From the NCBI RefSeq assembly GCF_006345805.1, contig NC_043014.1:6696001-6760000 (forward strand): a stretch of DNA of 64,000 nt, written 5' to 3'. The stretch comes from Octopus sinensis (Eukaryota). The notes below the pieces were generated by a model. The model ran no database searches and was not told the origin of the DNA. It saw only the letters and a list, made by a program, of their open reading frames with translations. Below are positions 11,082-22,892 of this stretch, in pieces. A program made the position numbers and the translations under genes. Numbering within the stretch: the stretch's first letter is position 1; each line of letters opens with the position of its first letter.

Positions 11082-12395
11082 ATTATGATGTTAATTCCTC
11101 ATGACTCTCCATGCTTGTGGCAGCATGGACAACGGATGTTAAATCATCATCATCATCATCATCCAGTGTTTTCAATCCGGGTTTTGTCCCCGTTAGTGGG
11201 GGTGGCCAGATCTACCTCAATACCATAGCAACTGAGGTAGGCAGGTGCAGCCCTCCTCAACCTTTGGGCTGGTTGGTGCCCATTCTCCTTTGCTATCATG
11301 AGACTTTTTTGGGGCTGGATTTTCTACTGGGAGCATGCCCTTGCATACCCCCAACCTCAATTTCTAGACATGAATGATCCTGAAACCAAGGCCTCTACCA
11401 CAATTAAGAAGTGTGGTGGAAAACTAGCTCAGGACAGCAGGGACACTACTCCCTGAGACCCCTTTCGGGGCCCCCCTGCTTATGATGATGATATCAAATG
11501 TTTTAAATGAGAGCCATTTAAACTATGTTGCATTTGCATTGTTATCAACATCAAAATGAAAATCAAATGGAAATTGTAGTTAAGATACCCATGCCGGTGA
11601 CATGTTAAAGGCACCATCCGAACGTGGCAGTTGCCAGCGCCGCCTGACTGGCTTCTGTGCTGGTAATACATAAAAAGCGGCAACCGATCATGGCCGTTTG
11701 CCAGCCTTGTCTGGCCCCTGTACTGGTGGCACGTAAAAAGCACCCACTACACTCACGGAGTGGTTGGCGTTAGGAAGGGCATCCAGCTACAAGAAACACT
11801 GCTAGATCAAGACTGGAGCCTGGTGCAGCCTCCATGGCTTCCCAGACCCTGGTCGAACTGTCGAACCCATGCTAGCATGGAAAACGGACGTTAAACGACG
11901 ATGATGATGATGATCAAGAGAAGGAGTGAAACATTGCCTTACTTTCTACATCGGGGAACAATAAAGCACGGCTCACAGACCAAATATGGTTCACGGCTTC
12001 GTTTCATCCAATCTGTTGACTCCACTAAATACGTGACATTGCATACAAATGTTTCTCATTTTGCTTATCTTTGAGGAATGTTTAAAATCCTTATCAGAAA
12101 ATACAGCTCTGGCCAGAAAAACAAATCTATCTTTTGCATTTTATTGACTGTGGCCATGCTGGGGCACTGACTTGAAAAGTTTTAGTCAAATGGTTCGAAC
12201 CCAGCGCTTATTTTTTTTTTTTCTTCAAGCCAGGTACTTATTCTGTCAATCTCTTATGCTGAACTGTTATGTTATGGGGATGTAAACAAACCAACATGGA
12301 TTGTCAAGCAGTGATGGAGGACATGCAAAGACAGACACACGCATATATATTCTTTTTGTGTAGTCATTTGACTTTATATATATATATATATATAT

Positions 12396-12789
12396 ACTCT
12401 TTTACTTGTTTCAGTCATTTGACTGCAGCCACGCTTGAGCACCGCCTTTAGTCGAGCAAATCGACCCCGGGACTTATTCTTTGTAAGCCCAGTACTTATT
12501 CTATTGGTCTCTTTTTGCCGAACCGCTAAGTGACAGGGACATAAGCACACCAGCATCGGTTGTCAAGCAATGCTAGGGGGACAAACACAGACACACAAAC
12601 GCACACACACACACACATATATATACAATGGGCTTCTTTCAGTTTCCGTCTACCAAATTCACTCACAAGGCTTTGGTCAGCCCTGAGGCTATAGTAGAAG
12701 ACACTTGCCCAACGTGCCACGCAGTGGGACTGAACCCGGAACCATGTGGGTGGTTAGCAAGCTACTTACCACACAGCCACTCCTGCACC
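12396..12789 (-). mobile_element. tRNA-derived SINE family A
   Basis: Same structure as 10678-11081. Confidence 0.8.
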
Positions 12790-13142
12790 TATATATATAT
12801 AAGTTCAGCAAAATTTAGATTCACCAGAATTTGTGATGAAAACTCTACAGATGGAGAAGGGCCTTCTTCTACCATGTTCTTAATGATGAAATTAACCTCT
12901 CTGTCTATATATCTATCCTCTCTGTAATGTTGGTAAATGAAATAAGTATAAAAATGTACATTGTCCATTTAATTTTTAAAATTCTATATGTGGCTGAAGA
13001 TTGCTCGACATTTTAAAACTGATGTAATACTTACATGTAATACTTAAATGAAGTAGCATGAAACGATTGTACTACACTACCTTGGATATCCTTGTTGCTT
13101 ATTTTGATTATAATCACCCCATTTGATATACATATACATATA

Positions 13143-13504
13143 GGCGCAGGAGTGGCTATGTGGTAAGTAGCTTGCTAACCAACCACATGGTTCCGGGTTC
13201 AGTCCCACTGCGTGGCATCTTGGGCAAGTGTCTTCTGCTATAGCCTTGAGCCGACCAAAGCCTTGTGAGTGGATTTGGTAGACGGAAACTGAAAGAAGCC
13301 CATCGTATATATGTATATGTATGTGTGTGTTTGCTTGACAACCGATGCTGGTGTGTTTACGTCCCCGTCACTTAGCAGTTCGGCAAAAGAGACCGATAGG
13401 ATAAGTACTGGGCTTACAAAGAATAAGTCCCGGGGTCGATTTGCTCGACTAAAGGTGGTGCTCCAGCATGGCCGCAGTCAAATGACTGAAACAAGTAAAA
13501 GAGT
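13143..13504 (+). mobile_element. tRNA-derived SINE family A
   Basis: GGCGCAGGAGTGGCTATGTGG head, GGTTCAGTCCC B-box, AAGTAAAAGAGT tail; inverted relative to 12396-12789. Confidence 0.85.
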
Positions 13505-14145
13505 AATATATACAGAGGCAATGACGAAAGACCGAGACGTCTGGAGATATGCTATAATCAAGAAGACCCAGCAAGTAAAGTGAGATCACAGCTGTGGCCT
13601 GTACCAGTGTCACATAACCAGCCCTTTTAAAAAGTACCTTTGAATCGTCAGAGACCTATTGAGTCAAGTAAAATCAAAATCAAACCAAATCAAATCAAAT
13701 CACAATAAAAAATGGAAATTGTAGTTGTGGTCGATGCCAGTGCCACCTGACTGGCTCCCATACCGGTGACATGCAATAAGCACCATGCATGCATGGGTCA
13801 TTGCCAGTGCTGCTTGGCTGGCTCCCTGTGCCAGTGGTACATAAAAAGCACCATCCAAACATGGTTGATGCCAGCCTCCTCACCCCGACTGGATCCTGTG
13901 CCAGTAGCATGTAAAAAGCAACATCTGAATGGGGTTGATGCCAGGGCCACCTGACTGGCTCCTGTGCTGGTGGAATGTAAAAGACACCCACTACACTCGC
14001 GGAGTGGTTGGCGTTAGGAAGGGCATCCAGCTGTAAAAACTCTGCCAAATCAGATTGGAGCCTGGTGTGACCTCCTGGCTTGCCAGCCCTTGGTCTAACT
14101 GTCCAACCCATGCCAGGATGGAAAACGATGATGATGATGATGATA
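13505..14145 (+). mobile_element. 5'-truncated RTE LINE 3' end with (GAT)n tail
   Basis: TEAMTKDRDVWRYAIIKKTQQVK* matches the C-terminus of the RTE at 22893-23662; followed by a 3'UTR with GTGCCxGTGGCAC subrepeats and a GATGATGAT tail. Confidence 0.8.
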
Positions 14146-14146
14146 T

Positions 14147-14410
14147 CATCATCATCATCATTTAGCGTCCGTCTTCCATGCTAGCATGGGTTGGACGGTT
14201 CAACTGGGGTCTGGGAAGCCAGGAGGCTGCACCAGGCTCCGGTCTTATCTGGCAATGTTTCTACAGCTGGATGCCCTTCCTAACGCCAACCACTCCGCGA
14301 GTGTAGTGGGTGCTTTTTACGTGCCACCTGCACAGGTGCCAGGGGGGAGTCTGGCATCGGCCACGATCGGTTGGTGCTTTTAATGTGCCACCGGCACGGA
14401 AGCCAGCCAA
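14147..14410 (-). mobile_element. RTE 3' end, tail-to-tail with the previous copy
   Basis: Begins (CAT)n TTTAGCGTCCGTCTTCCATGCTAGCATGGGTTGGACGG. Confidence 0.8.
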
Positions 14411-14766
14411 GGCCATTGTTGGATAAAATTTCTTTCTCCGTGTATTAAAGCTACCATTGGTTTCAAGCCCTAAATTGGAAACCGTTAATATAATTGATAT
14501 TGGTGTTGTTGTGGTTGATGCTGTTCAGCCTCAGGTTAGTCCCCACCAAAGCAGAACTATGATTGAAGGAAATCCAAATGTGACCATCACATCTCATTTC
14601 CAGATATGGCGCTTTCAGGAAATCATTAGTTCTAAGTACTCTTCCTTTTGTGATAACATTTGTGGGCATATCTATTAGAGGTAGATTTGGCTGCTATTTC
14701 TAACAGCTCAAACGACCAGACAGAGGCTCTTAACTTAGCCGAGGGCTTTGTTGTTGTTGTCATCAT

Positions 14767-14968
14767 ACTCTTTTACTCTTTACTTGTTTTAGTCATTTGA
14801 CTGCGGTCATGCTGGAGCACCGCCTTTTAGTCGAGCAAATCGACCCCAGGACTTATTCTTTGTAAGCCCAGTACTTATTCTATCGGTCTCTTTTGCCGAA
14901 CCGCTAAGTGACGGGGACATAAACACACCAGCATCGGTTGTCAAGCAATGCTAGGGGTACAAACACAG

Positions 14969-15012
<44 letters not shown>

Positions 15013-15170
15013 GACAGGCTTCTTTCAGTTTCCGTCTACCAAATCCACTCACAAGGCATTGGTCGGCCCGGGGCTATAGCAGAAGACACTTGCCCAAGAT
15101 GCCACGCAGTGGGACTGAACCGGGAACCATGTGGTTGGTTAGCAAGCTACTTACCACACAGCCACTCATG
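14767..15170 (-). mobile_element. tRNA-derived SINE family A
   Basis: Same structure as the other family A copies. Confidence 0.8.
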
Positions 15171-15489
15171 CTTATTATTGTTATTCTTCTTATTGTTGTC
15201 GTCATTGTGGTGGTGGCAGTGTTGTTATCATTACCGTTATCATTGTTGTTGTTGTTGTTGTATCCTGAAGACGAACAATATTTACAATTCCACGTGACTA
15301 ATCAACATTTTGAGGTCAGTTTAATGAGGGTGACTTTCAGAGTTTGGTGAGGGAGGGCGTGGCAGGGTTTACAGTCCAGACAGAAAGTACTGCTAATCTC
15401 TACAGATTATCTTTTGAGGAGGATGGCTACGAAACCAAGTAAGTCGAACAAATGGACATTTTTAATATTTTTCAAAAAGATTACAACTT

Positions 15490-15566
15490 GCATATACATA
15501 CAGCTATGTATGTATGTATATATCTGTACATGTAGGTATATATATAGATATATACATGTAGGTATA

Positions 15567-15603
<37 letters not shown>

Positions 15604-15800
15604 GTATATATGTATATATATATATATATGTGTGTGTGTGTATGTATATATGTATATATATATATGTGTGTGTGTGTGTGTATGTATGATTGTCTATATA
15701 TGTATATGTGTGTATGTGCGTGTCTGAATGTATCCATAATGTTCATAGATATATGTATATATAAATATGCATATATATAAAATATATGTGTATATCTTTT
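15490..15800. repeat. (TA)n/(TG)n microsatellite block
   Basis: Directly visible. Confidence 0.95.
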
Positions 15801-15879
15801 TCTTCTTTATCTTCATCTCCCTCACTATCTATCTATGTACACACAGAGAGTAGAAACACAAAGGTAATACTATATATAT

Positions 15880-16228
15880 AAATCGAATTGAACCAGCCAG
15901 GATCCCTGGTCTGGTGGTTCGTAAAAAGCACTATCCGACTCGTGGCCGATGCCAGCACCGCCTCGACTGGCTTCCGTGCCGGTGGCACATAAAATACACC
16001 AATCCGGCCGTGGCCGTTGCCAGCCTCGCCTGGCACCTGTGCAGGTGGCACGTAAAAAGCACCCACTACACTCACGGAGTGCTTGGCGTTAGGAAGGGCA
16101 TCCAGCTGTAGTAACATTGCCAGATTAGACTGGAGCCTGGTGCAGCCTTCTGGCTTCCCAGAACCCCGGTCGAACCGTCCAACCCATGCTAGCATGGAGA
16201 ACGGACGTTAAACGATGATGATGATGAT
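15880..16228 (+). mobile_element. RTE 3' end with (GAT)n tail
   Basis: GTTAGGAAGGGCATCCAGCTGTAG...CCAACCCATGCTAGCATGG...GTTAAACGATGATG. Confidence 0.8.
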
Positions 16229-16239
16229 CTATCTATCTA

Positions 16240-16279
<40 letters not shown>

Positions 16280-17011
16280 CATATATATGAGACCCCCTTC
16301 GGTCACGACACAGACCACGGGATTACACCTAGAAAGTTACCCTCCCAGACACAATTTCAGGCGAGGTTGTTTATGGAAGACCAGCAGTCACCCATGCATA
16401 CCAGCCTCCCTTCTCCACACCACTGATGCTATCCAAAAGAAAGGCAAAGGGGCCGATACAGCTTGGCCCCTGTGACGTCGCTGCTCATTTCTACAGCTGA
16501 GTTAACTGGAAGCAACATGAAATAAAGTGTCTTGCTCAAGAACACAACATGCAGCCCGGTCTGGGAATCGAACTCACAACCTTGCGGTCATAAGCTCAAC
16601 GCTCTAACCACTGAGCCATGAAGCTTCACACACACACACATATATATATATAGTGAAGGTGCATGGGTTAGTGGTTTGGGTAATCGGCTCATGATTGTAA
16701 GGTTGTGAGTTCAATTCCCGGTGATGCGTTGTGTCCTTGAGTAAGACACTTTACTTCACTTTGCTTCAGTCCAGTCAGCTGGAAAAAATGAGTTGTACCC
16801 ATATTTCAAAGGGCCAGCCTTGTCACACTCTGTGTCATGCTGAATCTCCCTGAGAACTACATTAAGGGGTACACGTGTCTGTGGAGTGCTCAGCCACTTG
16901 AACGTTAATTTCATGAGCAGGCTGTTCTGTTGATCGGATCAACTGGAACCCTCGTCGTCATAACTGAGAGAGTGTCAGTTTTTTCATATGTATATATATA
17001 TATATATATAA

Positions 17012-17467
17012 AATTATAATTTAGGGTATCTAAAAGACACCACAATGCTGGAAATAGCAGTCAAAACTTGACTCCAAAACCACATTAAATGTTCATACAG
17101 CACCGGGAGAGAAGACAAAGAGACAAAATAAACTAGCAAAAAATTACTGGATAATTCCAGATCCCGGATTTCTGGCTCCGCATAAGAAATGTATACATTC
17201 ATATATGTAAGTATTTGTATGTTGTATATATATATATATTTGTATTTATGTGCTATCTGAGTATATTCCACTGATGAAGGCAGAGCATTCCTCATGCACA
17301 GCCAGAAATCTGGGATCTAGAATTATCCAGTAAATTTTTTTGCTAGTTTATTTTGTCTCTTTGTCTTCTCTCCTGGTGCTGTATGAACATTTAATGTGGT
17401 TTTAGAGTCAAGTTTTGGCTGCTATTTCAAGCATGGCAGTATCTCTTAGATGCCCTTAATTATAATT
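17012..17467. repeat. Long inverted repeat (foldback), ~180-bp arms
   Basis: 17012-17191 is the reverse complement of 17286-17467 with high identity; ~95-bp AT-rich spacer. Confidence 0.85.
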
Positions 17468-17523
17468 ATATTTTAATTTTCTTCTTTTAACTGGACATAA
17501 ATTATATATATGCATATATACAT

Positions 17524-17554
<31 letters not shown>

Positions 17555-19588
17555 CCACGACTCGCCACCCACACCCCACGAAGAGGACGACTGCTTCACT
17601 GGCCTGGGCCGCCGACCATCCCCGTGGACGCCTGCCCCTGGCCAGATCCTAGCAGTGGATCTTTTCGCGGGCGCTTGTCAGCGTGCATTGGAGCAGTTCA
17701 ACTTCTCCAGGCGCCAACGCCGCCTCAACATCTCCCCGGCTGAGCTCTTGGCTCTTCGTTCCCTCCAACGGCGCGCTGACATTATCATCAAACCGGCTGA
17801 CAAGGGTGGAGCTGTAGTGGTGTGACGCGCGGACCTCTATAGGGCCGAGGCTTTCCGCCAACTCAATGACACCTCCTTCTATTCCCCTCTACCCTCTAAC
17901 CCCACACGTAGCTACCAACAGACGGTATCCTCTACTGTCCAAGACCTCATCTCGTCCTCCCGTCTCCCCCGCACCGCATCCAACCTAATTGTGCGAACCC
18001 CACGTACCCCCACCATTTACTTCCTCCCCAAAACCCACAAACCCAACAACCCTGGCCGCCCCATCGTCTCTGCCTGTAACTGCCCCACGGAGCTCATCTC
18101 TAAATACCTCGACCGTGTCCTTGCCCCCCTAGTGGCATCTCTTCCCTCCCACATCCACGATACCAACCATGCTCTCCGGCTTTTCAACTCTTTCTCCTTT
18201 CCTCCCGGCTCCTCCAAAATCCTTTTTACTATGGACATCCAAAGCCTCTATACTGTTATCCCTCACCACGAAGGACTGCAGGCCCTTCGACACTTTCTTG
18301 ACCTCCGCTCTAACCCTGTACCTGACACCTCCACACTCATTCGTCTGGCCGAACTTGTCCTTACTCTGAACTGCTTCTCGTTCGCGGGCGAGTTCTACCA
18401 TCAGGTCTCGGGAGTGGCCATGGGAACGCGAATGTGCCCCAACTATGCAAACCTGTTCGTTGGCTATGTTGAGGCCCAAATATTCTCTAATTTCACTGGT
18501 CCCACTCCTGAACTATATGGTCGTTATATTGACGACATTATCGGTGCCACCTCACTCTCCCGCGAACATCTAGATTCCTTCCTCTCTTTCGTCCAATCTT
18601 TCCATCCAGCCCTCCACTTCACTTCCACTATCTCCAACACCTCTGTCTCCTCCTCCTCGACTTTCGGTTAGCATTCTTCACTCCACTCTTACCACTACCA
18701 TCATTCACTACAAACACACAGACTCACACTCATACCTCAACTTCTCTTCCTCCCACCCAGAACCACCAAGCTTTCCATCCCCTATTCCCAATTCCTCCGT
18801 CTACGTAGGCTCTGTAGTGACGACCATGACTTTGAGACTCAGTCTCAACGTATGGCTCACCACTTCACCCTACGTGGATACCCCCTCACCCTATCCCACA
18901 CCGCCCTTGCCAGAGCACGGTCCGTGGACCGTGTATCTGCTCTCTCTCCCCGAACCCGCCCTGTAGTCTCCCGCCTCCCTTTTCCCCTCACTTACCACCC
19001 ATGACCCTACGTCTCCAACACACCATTCTTCGAGCTTTCCGTCATCTCCAGTCCGACCCGTCCACTTCACACCTCTTCCCTAACCGACCCCTCCCCTCTT
19101 TCAAACGAGCCCACAACCTTCGAGACCTTTTGGTCCATAGCTCCTTCCCTGACCCTACCTCCCAACCCGGCTCGTTCCCCTGCTCCCCCCACGTTGCCGC
19201 ACTTGCCCTTACCTCTCCAACACCACCCGCCTCACTAGCACCCACCATCGACCCTATCCCATCATCCACTCCTTCACCTGCACCTCCAGCAATATTATCT
19301 ATTGCATCTCTTGCTCTCTCTGCAATTCCTTGTACATCGGACAAACGGGACGCCGCTTGGCTGACCGGTTCGCGGAACACCTTCGTGACATCCACCTTGC
19401 AAACGACACACCACGTCTCACGCCATTTCCGCTCCACCGGTCACTCCTTGCAACACCTATCTGTGTTCGGTTTGTCCTTACACAGAGGCCATCCGGATTC
19501 CCGTTTGCGCCGTGAACAGGAATTAATCTTCTCTCTTCGCTCTTATACGCCATTTGGTCTCAACTCTCCCCCCCCCTCATCTAACTAA
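17555..19588 (+). mobile_element. Penelope-like element (RT + GIY-YIG endonuclease), frameshifted
   Basis: IIIKPADKGGAVVV (~17780-17820); RT motifs YFLPKTHK, GRPIVS, LFTMDIQSLYT, GVAMGTR, YANLF, RYIDD (17991-18671); GIY-YIG YIGQTGRRLADRFAEH (19330-19515). Stops and frameshifts present. Confidence 0.92.
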
Positions 19589-19589
19589 C

Positions 19590-19890
19590 CCCCCCTCTCC
19601 CCCTCCTCCTCCTATCCTTTCCCCCACCCCTACTTCTTCAGTCCTTCATCCTTTCACCCCTACTCCCCTTCCCTTCTTCCCTCTTTCTCCCTCCCTCTTC
19701 CCCTTCCCTCTCTCCCTCACTCCCTCCTCTCTCTCCCCTTCTCTCTCTCCCCCCTCCCCTCTTTCCTCCTTCATCCCCCTCCTCACCTTCCTTCTCCCCC
19801 ATCGTCTCCTCTTCCCCCTTCTCCTCCCCCTCCCCTTCTCTCCCCCCTCCCCCTCTTCCCCTCCCCCCTCCCCCTCTTCTCCTCACTACA
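19590..19890. repeat. C/T-rich low-complexity tract
   Basis: Directly visible polypyrimidine. Confidence 0.9.
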
Positions 19891-20269
19891 CCACATGACT
19901 TTACACATCACATCACTAATACACACACCAACTAATACATACTAATACGTACTAATACATACTAGTACATACTAATACTTACACCAACCCTATACATACA
20001 CACGTCCAGACCCCGCATACGCACTTATACTCTCTCACACACACACACACACACCTATACATACTATACATACACCAACCCCATACATACGCACGTCCAG
20101 ACCAATCTTACGCACTAATACTCTCTCATACACACACACACACCACACCCTATACATACTAATACATACACCAACCCTATACATACACACATCCAGACCC
20201 CTCCCAAGCACTTTTAGCTGGTCCCTCAACCCGTTTATCAACCCTATTATCTCCCCTTATTTCGCTCTC

Positions 20270-20523
20270 GCGTCTCATGTTTGATCTTTGACCTCTGGCC
20301 GAAATCAGATCGCCATGTTGATTCGTTAGCTACTGCACGCATTTTTTTTTTTTTTCTCTCCTTCTTTCTGTGTTTTTCTCTCTCTGTATCTTTCTGTTGA
20401 AGAGCGTAGGCTCGAAACGTTAAAGACTTGTTTCATTTATATTTCCTGAGCGCCATACTAATACAATTGTTCGTTTGTTTTCCACCCGCCTTCGTCTTTT
20501 GTCTATTTTCATAAAGCTTCCCG

Positions 20524-20525
<2 letters not shown>
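20270..20525 (+). mobile_element. Probable pseudo-LTR of the Penelope-like element, with a hammerhead-like motif
   Basis: Downstream of the PLE ORF on the same strand; second dispersed copy at ~35755-35935; contains TCTTT-CTGTTGA-A-GAGCgtagGCTC-GAAACGTT-AAAGA. Confidence 0.65.
20389..20426 (+). ncRNA. Minimal type I hammerhead ribozyme variant (core CUGUUGA)
   Basis: Stem I UCUUU/AAAGA, stem II GAGC/GCUC, GAAA, self-complementary ACGU stem III, UU cleavage site after 20421; U at core position 6. Confidence 0.55.
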
Positions 20526-20578
<53 letters not shown>

Positions 20579-20939
20579 TGTATGTATGTGTGTATGTATA
20601 TTTGTTGTAGTAGAGGTGCGATAATTCTGTACCTTTTCTTTGATTTTTCAGTTTTGACCATTTTTATTGAAAAAAATGTTCCAGGTTTATGTTATGCATA
20701 TTTTTGCCTAAAACAAAGCATACTCAAATTTTTAACAATAAATCAAAACTGAAAAATTACGGACAACTAGGAACTGGGCAAAAGTTTCTTTTCCCGCTCC
20801 AGAAAAAGAATAGGATTTTTAAAAAAAATTTATTTTACACAAATAAAAAAAAATCTGGTGAAAATTTGAATTAATTAGATGAATTTTTTAAAAAAATATT
20901 TGTAATCTTCGAAACTTAGACAGCTGGAAAAAAAAATTA

Positions 20940-21156
20940 CAATTTTTGGAGCACAAAACAATTTCCGACGCTATTCGTTAGAGACGTCTATTAATGAAAT
21001 TAATATCGAAAACGAAGAACGGCTATTCCTTATTGTTCGTTTTTTGTTTTCATAATCTCTCTGCAATTCTGCTATTCTATTATTCGTTCCAGTCTGTTTT
21101 GGTTTTTCTATCTGCAATTCCGGCCGGGTCGGCTTTTACGTTTTCCCGCGAGAAAT
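20940..21156 (+). promoter_or_regulatory. Probable NIT2 promoter/5'UTR
   Basis: Unique, locally CpG-containing sequence directly upstream of the exon-1 ATG; E2F-like TTTTCCCGCG at 21141-21150. Confidence 0.45.
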
Positions 21157-21163
21157 ATGTCCA
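21157..21163 (+). CDS. NIT2: NIT2 coding exon 1 (ATG TCC A)
   Basis: ATGTCCA|GTATGT donor; phase 1 joins exon 2 to give MSKLRLALIQL. The 7-nt size matches the recalled human exon 1. Confidence 0.7.
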
Positions 21164-21897
21164 GTATGTTTCGGTTCCAAATTTTTACCATTTTAAATAT
21201 TACAATACATATTTTAAAGCATAAACTCATTTCTCTTCCTATCTCATCATTAATCCCAACATATTTCGCATATTTTATTTTATTTCATGTAATTTCCTGC
21301 CTTGTACACCTTTTACAAATACATAACACAAACCCTTGTTTTTATCCATACCGACAGCTCGTATTTATCTCTCGTGAATTTATAATTATAGATAATCTAG
21401 TTAATTAATATATATTATTTAATTTTTCCCTATCTTCATCAACGTTCCTTTAACCTCTATAGCCAGTCTATACACCCTTAATTTTACCCATTATATTTCA
21501 GAGTTCAAATCGCTCCAAGACCGCATTTATGTTTCTTGTTACCCGTGAACGCACTCTCTCTACAGTATATATTCCGAGGTCGACTTGCGGAGAGTCCAGA
21601 ATATATTCTGTCTGTGGTTCTTTGTTTTGTATCAGAGGTCAGTTTACGGACGTGTTCACAAACACACAGACATATATATATATACCTATATATATACTCT
21701 TTTACTTGTTTCAGTCATTTGACTGCGGCCATGCTGGAGCACCGCCTTTATTAGTCGAGCGAATCGACCCCAGGACTTATTCTTTGTAAGCCCAGTACTT
21801 ATTCTATCGGTCTCTTTGGCCGAACTGCTAAGTGACGGGGACATAAACTCACCAGCATCGGTTGTCAAGCAATGCCAGGGGGACAAACAGACACACA

Positions 21898-21955
<58 letters not shown>

Positions 21956-22675
21956 TTCGACAGATTTATTTCAGGCACACACACATATGTGTGTGTCTAT
22001 ATTGGTATAAACAAGAAAAATGGAGCTTAAAAAACGAGTATATCTCTTTTTCTTGTTTCAGTCATTTGACTGCGGCCATGCTGGAGCACCGCCCTTAGTC
22101 GAGCAAATCGACCCCGGGACTTATTCTTTGTAAGCCTAGTACTTGTTCTATCGGTTTCTTTGGCCGAACCGCTATGTTACGGGGACTTAGGAAAGCAACA
22201 TCGGTTCAAATGCACTTTCGAGGCTTTTGGTCACTTGCCCAAGGTGACCGTGTCCAGTCTCACTGTGTGCGCGGATTTGGTAAACGGAAACGGAAAAAAG
22301 CTTGTATATATATATATATATATATATATATGCGTGGGTGTCTTTGTGTCTATGTTTGTCCCCCCACCATCGCTTGACAAACGATGTTGGTGTGTTTATG
22401 CCCCTGAAACTTAGCAGTTCGGCGAGAGACCAATAGAATAAGTACTAGGCTTATACAAAGATTAAGTCCTTGGGTCAGTTTCTTCGACTAAAGGTGATGC
22501 TCCAGCATGGCCACAGTCAAATTACTGAAACATGTAAAAGAGTATATATATACATATAGGTGGAGAGCTGGCAGAGTCAATAGCACACTGAGCGAAATGC
22601 TTAGCGTTATATCATCCATCGTTACGTTCTGAGTTCAAATTTTGCCAAGGTCGAATTTGCCTTTGTCCTTTTATG

Positions 22676-22830
22676 AAGGCACAATGGCCCAGTGGTTAGG
22701 GCAGCGGACCCGCGGTCGGAGGATCACGGTTTCGATTCCCAGACCGGGCGTTCTGTGTGTTTATTGAGCGAAAACACCTAAAAGCACCACGAGGCTCTGG
22801 CAGGGGGGGGGCGACCCCTGTTGTACTTTA
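22676..22830 (+). mobile_element. tRNA-derived SINE family C (head)
   Basis: AGGCACAATGGCCCAGTGGTTAGGGCAGCGG...GTTTCGATTCCC; other copies at 40698-41080 and 57468-57765. Confidence 0.75.
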
Positions 22831-22892
22831 AACGGCGGTGCATCAGCATGGCCACAGCTCTGAGCTGAAACTAGATAAAAAAAAATATTAGG

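Noticed and set aside
13143-13215. SINE heads as functional tRNA genes (also 29671, 33048, 40698, 57468)
   Set aside because: A/B boxes are present, but I could not close a cloverleaf with an acceptor stem, and each runs into a dispersed SINE body.
19554-19898. Pro/Ser-rich and Gly/Glu/Arg-rich ORFs
   Set aside because: C/T low-complexity tract behind the Penelope ORF.
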